From: Octopus sinensis
Taxonomy: Eukaryota
Direction: 5' to 3'
Assembly: GCF_006345805.1 (NCBI RefSeq)
Contig: NC_042997.1
Span: 172,174,001-172,238,000 of the forward strand
Length of the DNA stretch: 64,000 nucleotides
Of the stretch, positions 51,817-63,935 are shown piece after piece (the stretch's first letter is position 1; each line of letters begins with the position of its first letter). Below the pieces are notes generated by a model, which saw only the letters and a list, made by a program, of their open reading frames with translations, was not told the origin of the DNA and ran no database searches. The position numbers were made by a program, and so were the translations under genes.

Positions 51817-53186
51817 CAGGCAGATATTTAAGACCCACCAACCACAATAGAATTGAGATCTTAAAACCAAGATGCCTTGTGAAAAGCATTAGTGTGGGTG
51901 CTTGTGCCACGTAAAAAAAGCACTGGTGATGGTGCCATATGGAAAGTGCTCAGTGTGCTCTGTAAAGTGGTTGGCATTAGGAAGGGCACCCAGCCAAAGG
52001 AAACAGGCCAAAACAGACTATAGAACTGAAAGCAGTCCTTGGCCTTGCCAGTTCCTGTCATGCTATCCAACCCATGCCAGCATGGTAAACAGGCATTAAA
52101 TGTTGTTATTGTTGTTGATGATGACGATGATGATGATGACATATATAGTTTCTTTGACACAAATTACAACTTCATTTTCCAACTGTCAAAATTCCCACAT
52201 GGTAGCTTTTAGTTATTATTTTAGTATTTTAGTAATTTTTAGTTCATTAGTTTAAATAGTTCATGAAATCTCCCATTGCCTTACTTGCACCAGTTATTGC
52301 TTTTGAAAAATAATCAATAATATTGAAAAATAACTGGACCAATGAAGTAATTATTCCTATAATTATATTGATTTCTTATCCATTAATTTACAGTTTCCTC
52401 ATATGTTTTAAGCAATTCAGCTAGAATCCATTTTCCAGCAGAGCAGCCAGTCTTGATTCTTGCTGCTAACTCACAATATAGAATTATTTTCGGATTGAAA
52501 TACTGAGTCTGTAATAATTTCAATGAATGTCCTGTGTTCACACTAGATAGACTTATAATATGGTTGCAGCAGTGATTATAATTAGTTTCTTATGTAGTTT
52601 AGATTTTCAGCACACACACACACATATATATGCATATGTATGTAATGTGTGTATGTGTGGGTATATATCACCGTGATCACCTTAACTGACTAGGCTATCA
52701 GATGTTGCAACACATCGCTGGTCACAATGCGCTTCGCATTGTTTTAGCCTTCAAATGACGCCACCCCATTGGCTAAGCAAGTAGGCCAACAGAAGAAAGA
52801 GTGAGAGAAAGTTGTGGCAAAAGAATACAGCAGGAATTGTCACCACCCCTTCGTGGAGCTTTAGGTGTTTTCGTTCAATAAACACTCACAACGCCCGGTC
52901 TAGGAATCAAAACCACGATCCTATGACCGCAAGTTCACTGCCCCAACCACTGGGCCATTGCGCTTCTACATTAATTAATGTGCCTCCTATTAATTATATA
53001 TATATATATATAATTAATAATATAATAATATAATTAATAATTTAAAGGCGGTGCTCCAACATGGCAGCAGACAAACGACTGAAACAAGTAAAAGAGTAAA
53101 AGAGTAATATCAAAGGGTAATCAGAAATATTTGAAAATTTCATTACCAGTGGCCTAGCATGTATATATATTTAATCTAAGGCGTAG

Positions 53187-53255
53187 CTGCTGAAGAAGAC
53201 TTTGCCTAACAAATTATTTTATTTGCTAAAAAAAAGTCTGGAACCATTGGTCCAG
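53187..53255 (+). ncRNA. Decayed type I hammerhead
   Basis: CTG-CTGAAGA-A-GACTTT..AAAGTC-TGGAAC-CATTG-GTC-CAG; the GAAA strand is mutated. Confidence 0.55.
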
Positions 53256-53413
53256 GAGTTAGATGGTAAATGTTTTTATTTTTCATTCCCTTCGAAACTT
53301 TATCCCTAATAGTGGTTTGGAATTTAACTGTCCTTTCTAGCGCGCAAGGAATCCTACGGTGGATACCTCTTATGTGTTTAAATGTACACTGTATTTATTT
53401 ATGTGTGTGTGTG

Positions 53414-53454
<41 letters not shown>

Positions 53455-53467
53455 TATATATAGGGTA

Positions 53468-53681
53468 AAAGTAAAAAGAAAAGAAAGAAAATGCACATTA
53501 GATATAAAAAATAAAGGATTTTTAAAGAAAAGCAAAGATATATATACATGCAATTAAATAATTTGAGGTGGAATTATGAAGTATAAAAATCAACTAATTG
53601 TATGTATATATCTTTGCTTTTCTTAAAAAAGCCTTTATTTTTTATATCTAATGTACATTTTCTTTGTTTTCTTTTTACTTT
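53468..53681. repeat. Inverted repeat, ~88-bp arms, 38-bp spacer
   Basis: Arms 53468-53556 and 53595-53681, roughly 90% complementary by eye. Confidence 0.9.
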
Positions 53682-54076
53682 CCCCTTTTTATCCCATGTG
53701 TAGTCTTTTTTCTTTGAAACCTATTTCTATGATATATATATATATATATAGGTGGCACGTAAAAAGCACCCAATCCACTCACGGAGTGGTTGGCGTTAGG
53801 AAGGGCATCCAGCCGTAGAAACTCTGCCAGATTCAGACTGGAGCCTGGTGCGGCCCCTGGCTTCCCAGACCCGGTCAAACTGTCCAACCCGTGCTAGCGC
53901 GGAAAGCGGACGTTAAACGATGATGATGATGATGATGATGATGATATATATATATATATATATAAATTTATATAAATTTATATAAATTTAAATAATAAGG
54001 ATAGAAATTGATATTAATCAATTAAAACCAGTGGCTTAGCATATTTAAAATATCCGAAGATTAAAAATTGTGTTAC

Positions 54077-54292
54077 AAGAGGAATGACCACTAAAGTGGA
54101 CTCCTAATATGCTAAACATAGATGTCAAATCGCCATTACCACAAAGAATGTGTTCTCAAGAAAAATCTCAGCAAAATGCCAAAATGTAAAATTGAGCTGA
54201 GATTTTTCTTGAGAACACATTCTCTGATGGTAATGGCGATTTGACGTTTATGTTTAACATATTAGGTGTCCACTTTAGTGGTTATTCCTCTT
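54077..54292. repeat. Inverted repeat, ~96-bp arms, 23-bp spacer
   Basis: Arms 54077-54172 and 54196-54292, roughly 90% complementary by eye. Confidence 0.9.
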
Positions 54293-54649
54293 AATTTTGT
54301 ATATATATATGCATATATAGGTACAGGATGTTACCAGCTGTGTGAACAACATAAAGTAAGAAAACAAATAAGTTAAATACACAAACAATGAGAGAAAAAT
54401 GGGAAACAGGATAAGTAAACAGAGAGAATGACCCTTCATCAGTTGTTGGCTGTCTATCTACTCAATTTGAGCAATCAATGACAATATTAGGTCTTTGAAG
54501 ACACTTGCTCCCATAGATACCAAAATAAAATTTTGGATTTATGGAGGGTCAAAGTTAGGAACAAAAACAGGATAGTGGAGGCATACAAGGAAACCAGACA
54601 AAAATAAATATGGAGGGTCGTTTGACCAGAACGAGAGGAAAATAGTGAA

Positions 54650-55345
54650 AGCATTTAAAGTGGAATACAAATCTACAGAATTAGTCCCTAGAGCAGTGGA
54701 AGAATGTTATTTTCTCAGACGAGTCATTCTTTACCCTATTTCCGACCACCAGCTCAGTAAACATGTGGAGACAGCCAAAAGAAGCATTTGACCCAGACTG
54801 CCTTCTTCCAACTATTAAACATGGAGGAGGATCTGTGATGATCTTGGGGGATATATCTTGGAAATCTGCTGGCTCAATGGTTTCTCTTCATGGCAGAATT
54901 AATAGTCAAGACTATTTAAGCATTTTATCTGATCAAATTCATCCTATAGTTGCAGAACTGTTTCCGGAGGGTAACACAGTCTTTCGGGATGATAATGCAT
55001 CAATTCACACAACTAAAGTTGTTACTGAATGGCACGAGGAACATTAAAGTGAAGTTGAACATCTTATCTGGCCATCACAGTCCCCAGATCTCAATATTAC
55101 TGAACATTTATGGTGCATTTTAGAAAAACAAGTAAGGAGTCAACATCCTCCACCATCATCACTGCAAGAACTGGAGACTGTTTTAGCTGAAGAATGGACA
55201 AAAATTCCTTTGGAAACAATTCAAACTTTGACGAGTCTATACCTCATAGAATTCAAGCTGTAATTCCTGCCAAAGGCAGTCCTACCGCATATTAAATTAA
55301 ATTTGTTTGAAATTTTAAGGTGTTTCCATTATTTTGTCCAACCCC

Positions 55346-55347
<2 letters not shown>
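54650..55347 (+). mobile_element. Tc1-like transposon 3' half with DD36E spacing
   Basis: VIFSDES, KHGGGSVMI.G, FRDDNASIH..(stop)..WPSQSPDLNITEHLW; right end TTATTTTGTCCAACCCCT. Confidence 0.88.
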
Positions 55348-55377
<30 letters not shown>

Positions 55378-55994
55378 TGTATGTATGTATGTATGTATGT
55401 AGTATGTATGTATGTATGTATGTATGTATTATGTATGTATGTGTGTATGCATGTATGTATTATGTATGTATGTATGTATGTATGTATGTATGCGCGCGCG
55501 TGTGTGTGTGTGTATATATATATATATGTATATATTCAATAATGAGGGTGAATAAAATTATAGATATTAATTTAATAATACCCTTATTTTAACACCCTCA
55601 TTATTGAATGTATTGATTTGATATGCTGCAGTAAATATTACATGCGGTATTCACTTCCACTTAGCATTTACTTTCGGCGGGAATTTTGTAAATACAACCA
55701 GAATGTAATTCATCAGACCATGGGAGAATCGTCGCTTGTAATGGTCTGATCAATTATATCGACAAAGTTGCTGACGAATCATAGACAATTATGTAAGTAG
55801 AATCTGCGTATTTTGTTGATGAGGAAACATATGTACAACATTAATCCATTATGTAGTTGTAATTTAATTTCATAGCGTTGACTGTGGTGCTATTTCTATG
55901 TGGAATTATAATCGGCGACTTTGACCGGTGGGTCTATGTCTAGCACATAGAGTCAACATACTCATAGTTGGTTCTCTAATATTTACGGATAAAT

Positions 55995-57496
55995 ATATAT
56001 ATATATATAATATATATATACACACACACACAGGAGTGCTGAAAAGTTCCTGGTTGTGGGTAAAAGAAAATACAGAGAGTTCAGTTAATTATGATTTTAC
56101 TGAATATAGTCACCTCTCAGTTTCACACACTTATTGCAGTGGTCCTTCAATTTTTCTAAGCTCTATAAAGGAACTCAGACAGTTGGACCTCCAACCACGT
56201 CTTTGGCAATACCTTCAAAGCCAGGAACTTTACAGCACCCCATTGTCTATATATATATATACATATATACACCAGATGTTGTTCCACATCGCTGGTCACA
56301 ATGCATTCACATTGTTTTAGCCTTCGAATGACGCCACCCCGCTGGCTAAGCGAGCAGGCCAACAGAAGAAAGAGTGGGAGAAAATTGTGGTGAAAGAGTA
56401 CAGCAGGGGTCACCACCCCCTGCCGGAGCCTCGTGGAGCTTTTTAGGTGTTTTCGTTCAATAAACACTCACAACGCCCGGCCTGAGAATCGAAACCGCAA
56501 TCCTACGACCGCGAGTCCACTGCCCTAACCACTGGGCCATTGTGCCTCCACATATATATATGTGTGTGTATATATACATATACATATATATAAGAGCAAA
56601 ATCTTGGATTTGCAGACAGCTTATTAAAAAATTTATACATGCAAAACCCTTATCCCTTTGAGTATCTTCCATAACTTTCAACTGGTTAAAAACTAAAGTA
56701 GCATATGTATGCATGCGTATATGCTTGCATGCATGCATGCATGCATATATATATATATATAATATATATATATATACACACACACACAGGAGTGCTGAAA
56801 AGTTCCTGGTTGTGGGTAAAAGAAAATACAGAGAGTTCAGTTAATTATGATTTTACTGAATATAGTCACCTCTCAGTTTCACACACTTATTGCAGTGGTC
56901 CTTCAATTTTTCTAAGCTCTATAAAGGAACTCAGACAGTTGGACCTCCAACCACGTCTTTGGCAATACCTTCAAAGCCAGGAACTTTACAGCACCCCATT
57001 GTCTATATATATATATACATATATACACCAGATGTTGTTCCACATCGCTGGTCACAATGCATTCACATTGTTTTAGCCTTCGAATGACGCCACCCCGCTG
57101 GCTAAGCGAGCAGGCCAACAGAAGAAAGAGTGGGAGAAAATTGTGGTGAAAGAGTACAGCAGGGGTCACCACCCCCTGCCGGAGCCTCGTGGAGCTTTTT
57201 AGGTGTTTTCGTTCAATAAACACTCACAACGCCCGGCCTGAGAATCGAAACCGCAATCCTACGACCGCGAGTCCACTGCCCTAACCACTGGGCATTGTGC
57301 CTCCACATATATATATGTGTGTGTATATATACATATACATATATATAAGAGCAAAATCTTGGATTTGCAGACAGCTTATTAAAAAATTTATACATGCAAA
57401 ACCCTTATCCCTTTGAGTATCTTCCATAACTTTCAACTGGTTAAAAACTAAAGTAGCATATGTATGCATGCGTATATGCTTGCATGCATGCATGCA

Positions 57497-57510
<14 letters not shown>
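55995..57510. repeat. 756-bp tandem duplication (mariner MITE + SINE-5 + unique sequence)
   Basis: ORF-track peptides repeat at offset 756; near-identical copies with a 1-bp indel. Confidence 0.95.
56031..56245. mobile_element. Mariner-derived MITE (second copy 56787-57001)
   Basis: GGAGTGCTGAAAAGTTCCTGG vs complement of CCAGGAACTTTACAGCACCCC. Confidence 0.75.
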
Positions 57511-57532
<22 letters not shown>

Positions 57533-57885
57533 TACATATATGAATGCATGCATGCATATATGTATGCATGTATGCATGCATGCATGTATGCATGTATGTA
57601 TGTACATATGCTTGTATGACGATCTATCATGCACATCACACATAAATAATACACTGAATGTGTCCTTACATTTTGAAGAGAAGCTCATTAAGCATTAAAC
57701 ACCAAAAATTAAAATTAGATGCAATGAAAGAAAACATTAGCGATACAAATAATCTCTTGAAATGTTCAACATGTATCAGAGTTTGTCTATGTAATGTTAG
57801 TCGTGTTTGCTGTCACTCAAGGATATAAGAATCAAAGCCACTTGAAAGGATGTTGTGGTACACCTGAGCACTGTATACAATAATT

Positions 57886-57938
<53 letters not shown>

Positions 57939-57959
57939 GTTATTATTATTATTATGTTT

Positions 57960-58341
57960 ATTCCTTCTTTCTTCAAATTTTCTTCCGTTTCTCGTCGAGT
58001 GTTTTCCATACACCTAGGGCAGGGAAGCTCATTGTATGCATTCCCAGATTACACGCACAAATTCACAGGTAAAATATGTATTTAAAAAATTATTAAATAA
58101 ATAAATTCATGAATGGATGTTATTTTCACAGCGATAATGCTCTTCTCAGTACACAAGCCGTTCCAGTTAACACAATTTTTTGTACTTCCTGTAGGGGGAT
58201 GGTAAGCATAGTATCATTTTCAAATAGGTTTCAGTACCTTTTTTTATCATTCCTAGAGATCTTACAATCACTGGTACTGTAGTCACCTTGAGATGCCACA
58301 TTTTTTCAATTTCTATTAGCAAGTCTTTGTATTTACTGATC

Positions 58342-58345
<4 letters not shown>
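57960..58345 (-). mobile_element. R4/Dong 3' fragment between two (TTA)n tracts
   Basis: KISKYKDLLIEIEKMWHLKVTTVPVIV.SLGMIKKGTETYL; same 3' UTR as 30170-30400. Confidence 0.9.
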
Positions 58346-58398
<53 letters not shown>

Positions 58399-58999
58399 CT
58401 GCCAATCACACAATATATGTTGTCTTTCTATTGGTCGGTTGAAGAGACACATATACCAATACCATGACTCTGTACTACAATGAAGGGGAAAGAGACATAT
58501 CATAGCTGAGGTAAAATCTACTGATCATGAGTTGGGTTAAAAAGTCATCTTTGCAAAGGTTGTATTCGATACTGAGCCCATTGTGTGTGTGTGTGTGTGT
58601 GTGTGCACATTTGTGTAAGCATATATATATATGATTGATTGATTGATTGATTCTAGTTTCAGCTTATGAGCTGTGGCCATGCTGGGGCACCGCCATTTGG
58701 TGTTGCTACTTGGTTTCACTTCATGGAGGCTTTCTAGCAACTGCTATTTGGTGCATGAGAGAGTTCGATGCAGCTGCCCTCATCTGCCCTTCCTGCCGTG
58801 AAGTTGGTTCATCTGGGACACCTGACAGGAAGAGATCCAGCTTCATTTTAAAGACATATATATATATATATAAACTTACTTGGAGGATAAGAAACGACTC
58901 GAGGTGCTCAGTCATATAATAACAATTTAACAAATAAAACATATGCATACATACATACATACATATATGTACATACCTACATCTATATGTATATATACA

Positions 59000-59047
<48 letters not shown>

Positions 59048-59169
59048 TACAGGACACCACAAATAAACATAGAACACAACGAGAAACGAAAACATAAAAA
59101 CAAACAAGGAAACGGACTTTTTTTAACAACGAAAAAACAGGGTACAAGACAAACAATACAAGGAATATT

Positions 59170-59231
59170 CCTCTTCATCAGCTGCCCCTGGTTCGACTCA
59201 ATGCGTGTTTCGAAGGTAAGGGCAGAACACG
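59170..59231 (-). ncRNA. Putative non-circularly permuted hammerhead ribozyme
   Basis: Minus strand: CGTG-T-T-CTGCCC-TTA-CCTTC-GAAA-CACG-(15 nt)-GGGGCAG-CTGATGA-A-GAGG; stems I, II and III all pair. Confidence 0.65.
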
Positions 59232-60039
59232 ATCCGGCCGAAGCAGTCCTTTCTGCAAAATGAATTAAATAAAATTCTTTTGCAGAGGGGTAAAAAAAGT
59301 GACAAGAACAGGACGTAAAAGCAATACAAAAAAAAATACTGTACACATAAAATAATCATGTGATCATGTGACCAACAAGACTATTAGATGTTGTTACATA
59401 TCACTGGTCACAATGCACTTTGCATCATTTTAGTCTTTGAATGACTCCACTTCACTGGCTTGGTGAGCAGACCAACATTTTCCCCTGATTGAAAGCAGTA
59501 CTGGAGCAATGTGGAATGAAGTGCTTTGCACATGAACACAACATGCCACCCAGTCTGAGAAGTGAACCCACAATCTAGCAATCATAACTGCAACAGCCTA
59601 ACCAACTGGCCATGTGCCTTCACACACACACAAATCTTTCCACTCTGAAGATGGAGGCCAGATCTATCCAATGTTTATTTGCTTCTGTTAATGGTTACAT
59701 ATTTTTGTGAACTACGTCTACCAACACTATGAAATAACCCCAAGCCCCTAAAAATAGCTGTCAGACTTGTAACTCCACACCTTCTCCCCTTTAATTTTCT
59801 GTCTTTGTACTGTATGTAAGTTTGCCCTGTTGAGAATTGTTGATAATTTATTAAAAGTAGTAGTGTCCATGGTGGCAATGGGAGTAATAATAGGAGAGAA
59901 ATAAAGAGTAGGTATATGAGAGAAAGAGAGAGATGATGTACAACTTGCTTGGTCAGAAATTCCTGTGGTCAACAACTACTGAACACTATTATTTTTGTTT
60001 TATTTTTTGCTTTCTTTAATACACACACACACACACACA

Positions 60040-60125
<86 letters not shown>

Positions 60126-60999
60126 AAATACACTTAATTGAAATAAAGATTCCCCAAAATTAAGTAAATCTAATATAATAAATGTGAATGTCAGTGTGTC
60201 ACACTTTTTCAACTATCCTTTCTACGGAAAGCACAAGATTTTGGGGAAAAGAATTAAGTTGATTGCATCAACCTCAGTACATAACTGGTACTAATTTCAT
60301 TGACTCCAAAAGGATAAAAGGCAAAGTTGACCTCAGCAGAATATGAACTCAAAACCTAACGGCGGACGAAAACCCATTACATGCAGAAGCTAAAACCTGA
60401 AGTCAGTGACTGCAGGAGTCCAGAAGTGCCTAACTCCAAGAAGTCCAGATCTCACTCTGTGGGGTTACATTCTTCAGGTCTTAGCATGTAATGGGTTTTC
60501 CACAGGCAATGATTCGATTCTTTATACATGGATGGAAGCACTCCATCAGTTACGACGACGAGGATTCCGGTTGATCCGAATCAACGGAACAGCCTGCTCG
60601 TGAAATTAACGTGTAAGTGGCTGAGCACTCCACAGACACGTGTACCCTTAACGTAGTTCTCGGGGATATTCAGCGTGACATAGAGAGTGACAAGGCCGGC
60701 CCTTTGAAATACAGGTACAACAGAAACAGGAAGTAAGAGTGAGAGAAAGTTGTGGTGAAAGAGTACAGCAAGGATCACCACCATCCCCTGCCGGAGCCTC
60801 GTGGAGCTTTTAGGTGTTTTCACTCAATAAACACTCACAACGCCCGGTCTGGGAATCGAAACCGCGATCCTATGACCGCGAGTCCGCTGCCCTAACCACT
60901 GGGCCATTGCACCTCCACACTTTATACATAATTTTTATGTATTGTATGTCTTGTTAATCCAGTTTCACAAGCTGCTTGACATGTTGATTATTGTGGGCT

Positions 61000-61406
61000 A
61001 CGATTAAACATTTCTTGCACTGCTGCTATGTTCTCCACTGCTCAGAATGGGGTTGGACGGCTAGCCACTTCTTGCATGGATCAACAGAGCCCGTGGTCAT
61101 CAGCTTTGCTTGACAACTTTTTATTGTCTCCAAACTTAGAGTTGCATGCTTACCTTTCCATGCACGCCACCATCTCTGAACCAAAACTACAGAATTCCAT
61201 ACTTCATGGTGTGCTGCTATCTTAGCTCGCTCTTGAACAGTCAAGCGACTGGCCATCTGGAAAATAAGAAATAAGAAATAAGACAATTAGAAAATACGAA
61301 ATCCCCATTAGTGTTGTCTGTTTAAAAAATTTTTCGTCAGGACTTCGGTGATGCTAAAAATTCTATAAGCAATTTCTAATGCCTAGTTACTTTCCCACCT
61401 ACCCTG
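61000..61406 (-). mobile_element. Tc1/mariner 5' fragment (DUF4817-like HTH)
   Basis: MASRLTVQERAKIAA..VWNSVVLVQRWWR...TTGSV; terminus CAGGGTAGGTGGGAAAG next to TA. Confidence 0.7.
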
Positions 61407-61456
61407 TATATATATACATACATATATATAATATATATATCATCATCATCATCATC

Positions 61457-61488
<32 letters not shown>

Positions 61489-61518
61489 ATATACATATAC
61501 ACACATATATATATATAC

Positions 61519-61558
<40 letters not shown>

Positions 61559-62309
61559 TATATATACATACATATACATATATATATATGTGTGTATATA
61601 TTCATGCACATGTATGTACATGTGCATACATATATACATACATAAATACATATATATATTCTTCATTTTTTTTATTCTCTTACATATTTCAGTCATTTGA
61701 CAGTGGTCATGCTGGAGCACCACCTTAAAGGTTTTCAGTCAAAGAAATATATATATACAAGACAGGCTTCTTTCTGTTTCCATCTACCTTATCCACTTAC
61801 AAGGCTTTGGTCAGCCTTGTGGTTGGGAAGCAAGCCTCTTATTTCTTTACTGCCCACAAGAGGCTACACACAGAGAGGACAAACAAGGACAAACAAACGG
61901 ATTAAGTCAATTATATCAACCCCAGTGTGTAACTGGTTCTTATTTAATCGACCCCGAAAGGATGAAAGGCAAAGTCGACCTCGGCAGAATTTGAACTCAG
62001 AATGTAGCAGCAGGCGAAATACCACTAAGCACTTCACCCAGCGTGCTAAAGTTTCTGCCAGCTCACTGCCTTGGGAAGCAAGCTTCTTACCATACAGCCA
62101 TGCCTGCACCAATATATTTATAAATAGATAATGACAGATAATGTTAGATATCTGAATTCATTGTAATCACAGCTGCAATGATACTACGATACTATAAGAC
62201 TACCTGCAATGTTTTAAATGAAAGTTCTTCATGGTGGTTTTCAAGCTTCCACGATGGTGCCCCAGCATGATCGCAGCCACATGATTGAAACAAATAAAAG
62301 AATAAAAGA

Positions 62310-62690
62310 ATATAAAAACCTCTGGTCTATCAGGAATCACTGCTGAGATCTTTAAGATATCTGGTGGAGTAGGATATGCACTAGCATAGCTAGAGTGTGT
62401 GCCACCCAGGTAGCCCTTCAGTTTGTCAACCCTGGGCCCCCACAACAAATACATATTGCCTACAGTAGACCAAAAAGTGGTGCCATCTCCATAAAAGTGC
62501 CATCCAGAGTGGACTGCCTCGTCCACCCCTGTCTTGCTATGCTAATGAGGATATGGCCTAGTCACACTTATAGTTAATGAGGTTGAACAGGAAAGCATCA
62601 TACTCAATGACTGGAACACTTGCTTATAAGGCCATGTACAGGAAATAGGGTATGGCCATAGAAATTATTACAGACTCAATTTTTCCATAC
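62310..62690 (+). mobile_element. RTE RT N-terminal fragment interrupted by a MITE
   Basis: KTSGLSGITAEIFKISGGVGY|GLVTLIVNEV..NDW. Confidence 0.8.
62379..62547. mobile_element. 169-bp hAT-type MITE
   Basis: TIR CACTAGCATAGCTAG vs CATTAGCATAGCAAG; perfect 8-bp TSD AGGATATG at 62371-62378 and 62548-62555. Confidence 0.9.
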
Positions 62691-62999
62691 AGAAAGAACA
62701 ATAAGGCAACTTAGCAGCAAGAATCAAAACTGGCTGCTTTGCTGAAAATGGATTCTGGCTGAATTGCTTAGACTGTATGGGGAAATTGGAAATTAGTGGA
62801 TAAAAAAAAAATCAATAGGATTATAGAAACAGCTTCTTTATTAGTCCAGTTATTTTTCAATATTATTGATTTTTTAATGAAATTATTGAATGGTAAAAGT
62901 AAGGCAAAGGGAGATTTCATGAGCCATTAAAATAACAAACTAAAAACTACTGTGTTGGAGTTTTGATAGATTTTTATCTAGAGTTGCATGTTATTTAAA

Positions 63000-63041
63000 A
63001 TATACCATATATGATATGATATGATATATATAGTGATATAC

Positions 63042-63122
<81 letters not shown>

Positions 63123-63480
63123 GTATATGTATATATATGTATATATATATGTATATGTATATATATATATATGTATATATATATATGTATATAATATATG
63201 TATATATATATATATGTATATATATGTATATATATATGTATATATATATATGTATATAATATATGTATATATATATATATGTATATATATATATGTATAT
63301 AATTTTTCTGTGGTTTTTCGTGTAACCAACAATTACACGAAAAACCACAGAAAAATTATTTACCATTTTTATATATATGTATTATATATATGTATATATA
63401 TATGTGTATATATGTATATATATATGTGTGTATATATATATATAATATATATATTATATATATATATATATATATGTATG

Positions 63481-63512
<32 letters not shown>

Positions 63513-63520
63513 TGCATATG
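63000..63520. repeat. (TA)n-rich tracts enclosing a perfect 27-bp hairpin at 63299-63359
   Basis: Direct observation. Confidence 0.95.
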
Positions 63521-63891
63521 AAAAATAATGAGAAAGGGTTGAAAATCCATTAAAGTTTTATACATATATATTTGTGAGCTTCAATAATGCAAAATTTTAT
63601 TTTTTAACATGAGGGATAAACATTTTATCCACTTGTTTACATATATAAAGGCAGAAGTACAAGAATATGTTTTCACATAACAGGTGTTTTCATAGAACAG
63701 TTTTAGTGAAAATATATTAGTGTATGTTTTTACAACATGAGTTTTACACAGACAACACATAAAGAGAAGGAAGAGAAAGAGATGACGTTACTTTTGCATT
63801 AAAAAAAGTAGGGAAAAAGTTTTAGTGAATAAATTTTTGTGTATGTTGTAGCCAAAAGAAGTCCATAATAGAAGAAAACTATTTAACTCAC

Positions 63892-63935
63892 CAGGTCGCG
63901 GTTTTCACTGTTGTTCAGGTGTTCTTTCATTGTAT
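63892..63935 (-). other. Candidate 44-nt exon (xTMKEHLNNSENRDL)
   Basis: GGTCTTTAG acceptor, CTG|GTGAGT donor, single open frame. Confidence 0.4.

Noticed and set aside
59160-59181. Canonical hammerhead using AGGAATATTCCT as stem II
   Set aside because: No GAAA follows this palindrome on the minus strand; the only GAAAC is upstream
60830-60915. tRNA gene (also 23080-23157)
   Set aside because: A/B boxes run straight into SINE bodies; no acceptor stem seen
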